A stretch of 64,000 nt of DNA, taken from positions 74,152,001 through 74,216,000 of the forward strand of contig NC_042999.1 in the NCBI RefSeq assembly GCF_006345805.1, in the 5' to 3' direction. Of the stretch, positions 53,898 to 64,000 are shown in pieces (the first letter of the stretch is position 1; each line of letters opens with the position of its first letter). This DNA is from Octopus sinensis (taxonomy: Eukaryota). Position numbers and translations under genes: made by a program. The notes beneath the pieces are model-generated. The model had not been told where the DNA came from, searched no databases, and saw nothing but the letters and a program-made list of their open reading frames with translations.

Positions 53898-55025
53898 TTG
53901 GATTGGCAACTAAGTTCCCTCCGTTTTTTTAAACTTTAAATGTTTAAAAGGTTTAATAAAAAATAACAACTAATTAATCAATAATGTATTCACCCTTGTT
54001 TACAACTTCTTCCCAACTTTCAACAAGATTTTTCTCGTTGGTAGAAATCACCCAATTTCGACTCGAAAAATTGATCCAACCAACTTCTCAATTTTGCATC
54101 AGTATTGAACGAAACTCCGCACATAGTATTTGAAAGAAATCGAAAGAGGTGGAAGTCCGTTGGTGCCAGATCAGGAGAGTACGGTGGGTGTGGTAGTACT
54201 TCCCAGTCATGCGTTTGAATGGCTTCTTTGGTCATATTGGCTATATGAGGACGGGCGTTGTCGTGCAGCAGAAGAAGACCATGCAGACGATTAGGTCATT
54301 TTTCTTGAATAGCCGTGTTGAGTAGCTCCATCTGTTGAACATAGAGTTCCGCGTTGACCGTTTGGTTCCGTTCAAGCAATTCGTAATGGATAATCTCTTC
54401 CCAGTCCCACCATACGCACAACATCATTTTACGCGGATGAAGATCTTGTTTCACGCGCGGTGTCGCTTGTTTACCGTGGCCAAGCCATTCCCTACGCTGC
54501 TTCATATTGATGTACAGGCACCATTTTTTGTTGCCAGTAACGATTCGGTAAAGAAATCGTTGCTTGTGTCCATTAGTTGAGCAAGCAAACCAGCGGAGAT
54601 TGCGGCTCGTTTAATTTTGTTGCTGTCACTTAAAGCATGCTCCATACTTCTGAACCTTTCCCATCGAGTGAAGATGCTTCTCTATAACGGTGTGGGAGCA
54701 TTCCATTTTGTCTGCTAGTTTCCTTGTCATTTGACGAGAATTTTCGTGAAAATGTTGGTTTAATCGCTCTCCATCGAACTCAACTGGACGGCCAGAATGA
54801 GGTGCGTCTTTAAGGTAAAAATTTCCATTTTTGAATTTGGCATACCAATCACTAGCGGTTCTTTCAGCTATGGCACCCTCTCCTTACACAACACAAATGT
54901 CATGAGCAGCTTTTGTGGCCTTAGAACCTTGATTAAAGGCAAAATGAAGGAAGTGTCGAAAATGCTCGTTTTTCTTAACTTGACATTCCATTTTAATGAT
55001 CTGAAAGTAAACAAAACTTAACTAC
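53898..55025 (-). mobile_element. Second mariner copy lacking one end
   Basis: TA|TTGGATTGGCAACTAAG TIR; HPPYSPDLAPTDFHLF; collinear with 26468-27580. Confidence 0.9.
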
Positions 55026-56200
55026 AAGTTTTAGGATCCAATCGTTGGTTGCTTCAAGGTATTTGGCCAGTTCGATTGTGGTGGTTTTGTACGTAAGTTC
55101 AAGGTGGATCAAACCTCGTCCGCCCTGAGCTCTGGGAAGGTAAAGGCGATCCACGTCTGCCTTTGGATGGTGCATTTTATTATAAGTCAGTAGCTTGCGG
55201 ATTTTTCTGTCAAGTTTCATTATTTCACTGGTATTCCAGTTAAGTACATTGAAGCTATAAAGAACAACTGGGACTGCTAAGGAATTTATGGCTAACACCT
55301 TATTATATGCATTCAGCTCAGACTTCAGGATTGCTCGAACTCTTCTATAACATTGCTTCCTAATCTTCTCTTTCATGCTTGCATGCTGGATACCAGAGCC
55401 TTCATTTATTCCTAGGTATTTATAGGTTTGCTCCTGCTCAAGTTCATTTATTACTGTTTCGACATCTGATTCGATTGAACTAGACTTTACCAATTTCCCT
55501 TTCTTAAAAGTGGATTTGGCACACTTTTTAAGGCCAAGCTCCATCCCAATATCATCACTAAATCCTTTCACAGTATGTATGAGTCTTTCAAGCTCTTCAT
55601 CACCTTTACCATATAGTTTTAAGTCATCCATATAAAATAGATGGCTTATTTTCCTAATGTCAATTTTGTAGCCATACCCTGTTCTATTCAGTTCACATGA
55701 GAGTGGTATTAGTGCTATGCAGAAAATTAGTGGTGAAAGTGAGTCACCTTGGAACATACCACAGTTTATGCTAATATTGTTTGAGCGCAATACTCCATTA
55801 GAATGATATAATTGGAGCTTCGTGTTCCATAGTGACATATTATACTTTAAAAAAGTCTGAAATCACAGGAGAAATTTTGAAAATGTCCAGCGATTTCAGA
55901 ATTCACGAATGTGGTATGCTGACAAAGGCCTTTTTGTAATCAATCCGTGAAGATTTCTGCGTTTGTTATGACAGTTCTCAAGGATCATGCAAGGAGCTGA
56001 TCTTTGCATCCGTATGAACCGCGTCTGCATCCTTTTTGTTCAGTGTGAAAGAGGTTATTCTCTTCCATAAACGTACATGTTTTTTCCACTAGAATAGATG
56101 TTAGAATCTTATAGATAGTAGACAAACATGTTATAGGCTGGTAGTTTTTTGGTTCTTTCGTTTTGTTATTTTTGGGGAGGAGGCAAGTAATACCAGTTGC
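55026..56200 (-). mobile_element. R4/Dong-like RT fragment
   Basis: YQPITCL, EQKGCRRGSYGCKDQLL, GMFQGDSLSPL, HLFYMDDLKL, YKYLG; 5'-truncated end abuts (AAT)n at 56207-56286. Confidence 0.88.
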
Positions 56201-56208
56201 ACACAATA

Positions 56209-56288
<80 letters not shown>

Positions 56289-56289
56289 C

Positions 56290-56985
56290 TCTGATGCAAT
56301 ACCAAGCAATGGGTCGCATGGTCTCTGATCTTAACTGATTGGAAGTGTTGTCATGTACATTGTTTTGTCTTGGTATAAAAGATGGGTTACAGCAATTATT
56401 CTGCTTAATACCACAGATTTGCTTGTCAGTTGTTTGACCGTAGCTATTTGAGCATGTCCCTTGGTGGCTGACGATATGTGCATCTCTGATCACAAGCAGA
56501 AGTAGTTGGGGAGCATCGTAGCCATGTGTTGAGAAGAATTCTTTGGGGTTTGAATAACTCACTTTTGGAAACAGGGATGTTTTGTTGAACATCCTTAAAC
56601 ATCCCTTATTCAGGGACCTTTTGGGCAGAATGGGCTACTTGACCTGAAGAAAATTCTAACTGGGTTCCACCTGCAAGGTCATGCGCTGTTCATCTTGATA
56701 TTAGATCACCATGTCATGCACATATTGTTGTGATGCATGTGCCTGGTGTACTCTTATCAGACGGGTAGAAATGATGGGTATACTGGGCTTTGTATATATT
56801 TGTAACCCAGCATCACTTTGATAGCATGTGCTGCTTTCTCACTCGTAGTAATAATAATTTTCCCTGATGCAGTACCAGGCAGTGGCTCTCATTGCTTCTG
56901 ATCTTAACTGATTGGAAATGTTATCATGAACATGTTTTGTCTCCGTGTAAAAGATGGGCTACTACAAATATTCTGCTCCAGCCTG
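56290..56985. repeat. Unclassified interspersed repeat with partial duplication
   Basis: 56290-56405 recurs at 56866-56980. Confidence 0.5.
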
Positions 56986-56989
56986 GACA

Positions 56990-57580
56990 GAGCAAGGAAA
57001 TGGTATGAAGATGAACCAGAAGGAGTCACCAAGAACAGAACAAGGAATGTAAGATACTGTAGGATTTTACAATCCAATGTGACTTCCTAATCAAGGCTCG
57101 GAGATCAGATATTGTTATGGTAGATTAAGGAAAAAAAGAAACCAAGATTATTGATATTGCAATAACTGGGGATGTATGCATAAGTGATAAAGAATTAGGG
57201 AAAATTGAAAAATAGACTACTAAAAGAGGAAATTGCAAGAATGTGGAATATGGGGAGAGGGTCTGTCATCCCAGTAGTTGTTGGGGCACTTGGAGCACTA
57301 ACAACCAAGTTCAAGAAATATGTCAGAAAAATTAGAATTGATATGAGAGTAGAGCAAGCCCACCAAAACTGTTCTGCTGGGGACAGCTAGGATTTTGAGA
57401 TTGGGTGTTGAATGCTTCCACGATAATTAACAACCAAGTATCAAAGCTTATAATGTGCGCAAAGAGGCCCTATGAGACCTCTGACAACGAGCTACTGCCC
57501 GTTCTCACAGAATCAACCAGAGCAAACAAAACCGAGAATGCTGAGAAGTCAAACAATAATAATAATGATGATGATGATGA
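56990..57580 (+). mobile_element. R4/Dong-like 3' end (RLE domain + tail)
   Basis: RSDIVMVD...IIDIAI, VIPVVVGALG; (AAT)(GAT) tail. Confidence 0.7.
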
Positions 57581-58498
57581 TGACAATAATGATGATAATG
57601 ATGATAATAATTTGAAATACTCCCTTCAAGCAAAAGTTATGCAGAAACAGCTTATTAGCAGGTTTTTAAATGCATAATATTTCAATTATAAACATTTTAT
57701 GCATCAACATAAAATTTTTATAAAATATTGGATTTTTCCTAATTCAAACCCAGATGTTATTATTTTTTAACAATTTCTTCCATCGCATGTATATCTGTGT
57801 ATGTTTGTGGCTAGTAACCCTGGTGTGTAGTGTGTGGGGGGATGTATGCGTGCGTATGCAAGTATCTAAGAAACACATGCTGCTATTCTTTCAAATTTCA
57901 CATAACACTTAAACGTCTCACACTCCTGCAACTATCATCAGCAAGGTGAGGGGACATACACCCACCTTCACCAAGTTTTTCACAATTTTTTTTTCTTTTA
58001 ACAGATCAGAAAAGTGATAGGAGAAAAAAGAAACAAATAAGTCTTCACATTTCTTTGCTTTTTTTCCTTTCGTTTTTTTCACCAAAACTGCAAATTCGAG
58101 CGTGAAAAATAGTCCGCAATTTTCATTTTTTTTTTCTTTCACATGCTGCAATTGGCAGTCTTCAACCTTTTCTGTCTACTGTGGGTCGATAGAGCATCCA
58201 TTCTGTCGCTTTTGGGCCCCGAGTCATTGGTATATGCGGAAACCTGCGTTGATGACCTGGCTGTATGAATTGCCGTGTATGTACCTGTGTTTTTGTTTTT
58301 TTTTTTTTGCCTTTTCAAGAACATGTACTGCAAATCAAGTTGAAAGAAAATTGAAGAAAATGAATTTAAAAAATCATAAGAAATATCATTTTCAAAATTT
58401 TAAACTATCAGGTAGTAACAAAAAGTTCCTGGACTAGCCCTGTAATGCACCAACAGATGGTAGCAGACAGTTGCATGCACATTGAGAGCTAGTAGTTA

Positions 58499-59066
58499 CA
58501 TTGCAGGAAGTAAATAGACACCTTTAATTTTCAAAATCTTTTATTTGATATTAATTGGTTAAAGGAGAGGTTTTCTTTTAGCTGCTCATCCATAATACTC
58601 AAACTTATGCAGATATGTAACACACGTTCTTGGACTAACTTCTAGCTGTTTTGCAATGTCAGAAGCCTTCCAACGGGGTTCGTTTTCTACAATTCTCTTC
58701 AAACAGCAAAGCTTCCTTTCCGAGGGCCCAGCTCGGGCGGGACGAGAATCTGTTGATTCTTTTCCTTGGCTTTTGAATTGCACTATAATTCTATTAACAG
58801 TAGCAAGAGGAATATGAAGATTTTCGGCAATTTTTCGCTGGCTAAGACCAGCCTCAGATTGCCCAACAATATGACCGCTTTGAAAATCTGACAGTTCTGC
58901 TGAATTTTTTGTGCGTGGCATGGTTACTCTACGCAAATGTTTAATATAATGGCACCTGGAATGAAAAAGAATAATTACATTGTAAATTCTACACCGCTGA
59001 AAACATATTAAGACGCTTAGATCAGAAATTTTGAAAATTAAAGGTGCCTATTTACCTCCTACATAT
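58499..59066 (-). mobile_element. Tc1-derived non-autonomous element, same family
   Basis: ORF 58586-58936 ([12 protein letters not shown]...[10 protein letters not shown]) is paired-HTH-like; same TIRs and same internal deletion as 16245-16767. Confidence 0.85.
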
Positions 59067-59344
59067 CTATATATATATATATATCTTACAATAATGTTGA
59101 AACAGGTGATACAGGAAAGTGTAGCATTGGTGATAAAACATTTCGGGAGTAAATGATAGGCTAATTCGACTAAGCGTTTGGAGTATACCAGGCCCTAACC
59201 AGTCATAAAAATTGGGGGGCGGGGTATGTGATTTTCGAACGCACCGAAAAGCTGTCAGTGGAAATTCACTCCTTCGCAGCAGTCGATGCTGCGTCTAACA
59301 TGACCCATCGTTTGAAGTTTTAACACCTCCTTCAGGTTTGCTGT

Positions 59345-60241
59345 CCTCCATCACTCATTTATGTTCATTTATGGGTAACAAGGAATTAATGAGGTGATAG
59401 ACTTGCCCTTGAACTTTGAATGTCGGCGTAAATCCAAGTTCAACTATCTCCTTAGATGCACCAAACGATGTCATTTGAAATGCAGAGCTGTATTGTCTGA
59501 TATTGTTCAGAAAATCCTTTGATTGGATGGAAGTACCTTCCAGAAAAGGTTGGGGAAGAGCTGGTAGTGCTGGCAATCTTATCTTACCGCCTGAGCAGTG
59601 CATGCCATTAATTTCATTTTGGGAATTTTAAAGCTTTGCAGAAATGACATTTGAGTTTAGCATACCAATTTGGACAAAATTATCATTTTTATACAAATAG
59701 GATGGATCATATCGGAAAGCAGCACCAGGAGTTGTGAAGATAAATTTGTACGTAGTCTATTTCTGAGGGTTACTCTATTGGACCGCTAATTATTAACACG
59801 CTGTTCTAATGGTTCAGCATCAAGTGCTGCAGCATGCGTTTGTTAATCTTTGGAAAGATTCATCTCATTTCTGTCTTGGGACTCCATCTGATGTGCTGCT
59901 GCATGCATTTGCTGATCTTGGGTAAGTTTCATCTCCCTTCTGTATTGAGATTCCACTTGATGTGCTGCAGTATGCTTTTGCTGATCTTGAGAAAGTCCCA
60001 TCGCGCTTCTGCCTTCAAACTACATTTGATGTGCTGTGTCATGCGTTTGTTGATCTTGGGAAAGTCTCATCTCCCTTTTCTCTTGACACTCCATTTGGCT
60101 TCATCTTTCTTCTTTCTTGAGACTCCATGTGTTTGCTGATCTTGAGAAAGTCTCATCTTGAGACTCTCGCCTTCGGCTTTTTACAATTCTTCTTGCTTTA
60201 TATTTGTTTCTAGTGAGATTACGTCTTTTCTTTGGTGGCAT
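59345..60241 (-). mobile_element. Helitron RepHel N-terminal fragment
   Basis: MPPKKRR start at 60241, 69-bp coding repeats, AAFRYDP, CHFCKALKF..MHCSGGKIRLP, NIRQYSSAFQMTSFGA, FKVQGQVYH. Confidence 0.85.
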
Positions 60242-62380
60242 AGCGCAACAGCTAGATAAATGCTTGCAGGAATGCACACTCCCTAGCTGGATGACAAAGG
60301 GAAAGACATTGTTATGTGCCAAGGATCCTGAAGAACGAAATGTTGCATCCAACTTTAGACCAATAACATGCCTCCTGCTAATGTGGAAACTAATGTCAGA
60401 TGCTTTGACCGTTGAACTGTACAGATATTTTGAAAAGAGTGGGCTACTACCTATTGAACAGAAAGGGTGCCGAAAGAGGAGTCGGGGAACGAAGGATCAG
60501 CTCTTAATTGATAATCTAATTAACAGGAACTGCAAGAGAAGACACACAGACCTGAGCATGGCATAGATTGACTATCGTAAAGCATACGTTATGATACCAC
60601 ACTCCTGGATAATAAGAACAATGGAAATGTATGGAGAAGCAGAAAATATGATAAGTCTTATATGGAATAGCATGAAGTGCTAGAGAACGGAATTGACAGC
60701 AGGTAATCAAGTATTAGGAGAGGTGAAAATGAAGAAAGGAGCCATCCAGAGCGACAGTGTGTCCCCACCGATTTTCGTGCTGGCAATGATCCCCTTGAGC
60801 GAAATACTACAGAAAATAAAGTTGGGGTATGATCTGGAAGAGGTAAGGGAAAACTGGACAACCTGAAGCTATTCACAAAAACTGAGGCAGAACTGGATAA
60901 CCTAGTCTAGTCTGTGTGAATTTTCTTCAGTGATATTAAGATGGAATTTGGACTCTCAAAATGTGCTACGATGGTGATGAGACGAGGAAAGCTTGTCAGG
61001 ACAGAAGGTATATTTTTGACAAGTGGTGAAATGATGAAGGCAATTTAGTCCAGCTATAAATACCTGGGAATATTTGAAGCAGATTGAATGAAGCACAACG
61101 ACATGAAAGAAAAGACAAAAAGAGAGTACCTGCGGTGAGTGAGAAAAATACTGGCTTCAAAGCTGAATACCAGAAACATAATTTCAGCAATAAACTCGCG
61201 CGTAGTCGCAGTAGTTCGGTATGGCGCTGGAATTTTGAAGTGAACAGAGGAGGAGCTAAAAGAGATGGACAGGGAGTCAAGAAAGCTTTTAACGATGCAT
61301 GGAGTGCATCATCCAAGTGCAGATACTGATCGCCTATACACGAAGAGGGCAAATGGAGGACGGGGATTGATAAGTGTGGAAGACTATGTGCGTATCGAAC
61401 TCGAGAACTTAATGAGAAAACTTTCTAGTGACAGTTAGGAACGAAGGAGTATTGAGAAAAGGGAAAACAAAGGAAGAAGTATAAAAAGGGCACAAAGGAG
61501 AATTAAGCAAGAAAGGACTACACATTCATTCCATGTAACCACAACAGAAGTTGCTAGAAAAATAGATGGGATTGGCTGAATAAAGGAACACTAAAAAAAG
61601 AGACCGATAGCTCTATACAGGCAGCGCAAGACCAAGCTTTAGCCAAAAGCTGGAGGGTCAGCTTTAGGATTGAACAAGTGTCTCTGCTGTGCTGCATCTG
61701 CAATAAAGTGGATGAATGACACCATTGCCCATATCACGAACGAATATCCTAGACTTGCCTCAACCCACTACAAGTTGTGGCGACACGATCAGGTAGCGAA
61801 AGTGTTGCATTGGAAATTGTGTGAAAAGTGGGGTGCGTGAGAGGCAAGACGTGGTAAGAACACAAACCGCAGGGAGTGGTGGAGTCGGAGACTAGCAAAA
61901 TCCTCTGGGATTTTCCAATCCAAACAGATCAGGTGCTAGAACACAACAGACAAGACATAGTGATGGTTGACAAGGTGCACCACATACGCTATATCGTTGA
62001 TACTACATACTCCTTTGACCCACGAATAGTCAAGAAGGAAGGCGAAAAGATAGATAAATACAACCCTCTTAATTACGAAATAGCCCGGGTATGGAAAATG
62101 AAGAAGATGAAGATAGTGCCAATTATTCATGGGTCCTTGGGAACAGCATCAAAAGGCATCAAGGGGAATATAAATGAAATTGGAATAGAGTGCCCAATAG
62201 AACTGTTACAAAAGGTTTGCCTCTTTGGCATGGCCAGAATAATCAGGAATGTATCAGATAGCTGAAAAGAACGGATAGCATGGTACCGTAGGCTACAGGT
62301 AGCAAGCCCGCTACGCATGCAAGACTGCAGGACCTCCAACAAAATCTGTGATAAAGAGAAATAATAATAGCAATAAAAAT
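60242..62380 (+). mobile_element. Degenerate R4/Dong-like LINE (RT, zinc knuckle, RLE)
   Basis: NFRPITCL, EQKGCRKRSRGTKDQLL, RHDQVA, WDFPIQTD...RQDIVMVD, IVPIIHGSLG; AAT tail. Confidence 0.88.
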
Positions 62381-62384
62381 AATG

Positions 62385-62597
62385 GCTTCAAATGTTACCA
62401 CAACGGCAGTAATTTTGGGGGAGAGTACCAGTCGATTATATCGACCCCAGTGTTTCACTGGGACGTCATTTATCCACCCTAAAAGGATGAAAGGCAAAGT
62501 TGACCCTCGGCGGAATTTGAACTCAGAACATAGCGATGGGCGAAATACTGATAAGCATTTCGTCCAGCGTGCTAACGATTTTACCAGCTCACTGACT
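62385..62597 (-). mobile_element. SINE family 2 copy
   Basis: Collinear with 25995-26200. Confidence 0.7.
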
Positions 62598-62656
<59 letters not shown>

Positions 62657-62659
62657 TAA

Positions 62660-64000
62660 AAATAATGAAAGGAAACAGATGGAGCCTCCTCCTCCTCATA
62701 GGCAGATTAATGATACATCTAGTGATGGTGTCACAATAAAAACACTGGTAATCGCGCAACCTGATAATCGCTACCTCATATGAGTGACAATGAAAAAACA
62801 AAATATTGTGAATAACGGTGGTAATGAAACTAAAGCCAATGATGGTGACATCGTTACACCCGGTAGACTCAGAGAATCTGGTCCGGCTCCAGCCTGTCGA
62901 TATCCAGAAAGAGACCACCACACACGGCGTAGATGGAGCAAGCAAATTAATGCAGTGTTACTACCTGAGCAGACCGGTAAATGAAAATAGTACTCAAATT
63001 AGGGGTTACCGACAACGAATGTACGATCATTGGAGGAAAAAGGGATTGTTTCAACCCACTTAACAGAGACTATGTGACCGAGCTAGAGCAATAAGAAAAA
63101 ATTGTTGGCTCACAGAAGTAGAGCTCGAAGCTATCAAAAGACGGGTCATGGAAAATAGCAGCAGCGATAACAATGAAAATACAGTTCTTACTAATAAGAG
63201 TAATCCCATAGCACAGGAAAGGAGCAGTTGTAGTTTACTTGAAAGACATATAGGTGATCTAAAAGAAGACAATAAAACTAATGGCGTCATAACAGATGAA
63301 CAAAAGGCAATCTACGATAGAATAAAGAAAGGCTACAGGAGAACGATAGCAACATTATTTGCAACCTTAAAAACTGAACCAAGAAACGAAAAATGTCAAT
63401 GAAATTCTGAAATACATCAGAACAAGCAACATCACAGAAACAAATAATTTGATCAAGGCAGCAAGTATTGTTCTAGCAGAAAATGTGGGTGTTGATGTCA
63501 AGAAAAAAGAAACATAAAGGGAGTGACAAAAGAAAAGATCCATGGTGGAAAAGAAGAATCCAGGCAGGGTTAGACATGCTCGCGAAGGAAATTTCTATGT
63601 TAGGCCGAAAAAAGAAAGGGGAGCTTAAAAGCGAACAAAAATACGGGGAACTGAAAAGGAAGTACAATATTGAAAGTAAGTGCCTGAAAGTAGTAGTGGA
63701 GGAACTGAAACTGCGCCTCGTTGCAAAGAAAGCAAAAATGCTAAGATACGACCAAAGAATGAAGGGTTACCACCAAAATAGGTTATTCAGAGTAGATCAG
63801 AAGAGATTCTATAAAAAAAATGAATGGGGAGTGTACAGATGAAAAGTTGATACCAGATAACGTTGAAAGTCAAAGGTTTTGGAATGACATCTGGAGCAAA
63901 GACATGGAGCACAAGATGGATGCTGAATGGCTGCAAGAACTGAAAGAAACAGTAGTCTGTCTAAAACAGGCAGGACTAGTAATTTCAGTGAGGAAAGTGA
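62660..64000 (+). mobile_element. 5' part of another R4/Dong-like LINE, runs off the window
   Basis: Follows (AAT)n at 62600-62655; KDPWWKRRIQ, YHQNRLFRVDQKRFY, FWNDIW typical of this clade's pre-RT region. Confidence 0.75.

Overview
Eukaryotic, AT-rich, extremely repeat-dense animal DNA. The repeat complement resembles coleoid cephalopod/Octopus, which is inference from repeat style only. One host gene is supported: a minus-strand BCAS3 (Rudhira/PHAF2) orthologue with five hand-identified coding exons (45511-45432, 25442-25388, 24314-24239, 17306-17206, 12628-12547). They splice in frame with GT-AG sites to MASLFHSPNRSGCTKYTGSSVRPQPYSDKTMMESVVNFISDVVPQAYGNAQKTDDREKVQWVRFEQCDANDFSRNPDFAHLDVKVGPLVIILGYTNGVQVWNLTTKGEAQEVMSIRQGPVRAVRILPTPVP; the gene runs off the left edge and has a CpG-rich 5' region at about 45.5-46.0 kb. 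Almost everything else is transposon-derived: two CR1-like LINE families with CCCH ORF1s, many RTE copies, R4/Dong-like RLE LINEs beside (TAA)n, a Penelope-like RT, a rearranged Gypsy element with both LTRs, PBS and PPT, mariner, Tc1, piggyBac, Kolobok-like, Helitron, tRNA-SINEs, fold-back MITEs and long (TA)/(TATACA) microsatellites. The most notable observation is a ~240-bp element joining a tRNA-like Pol III head (A/B boxes) to a minimal type-I hammerhead ribozyme, arrayed in tandem and inverted form in BCAS3 intron 2. Its copies that are sense to the pre-mRNA have lost catalytic-core residues, while antisense copies keep them. All calls were made by eye; no searches were run.
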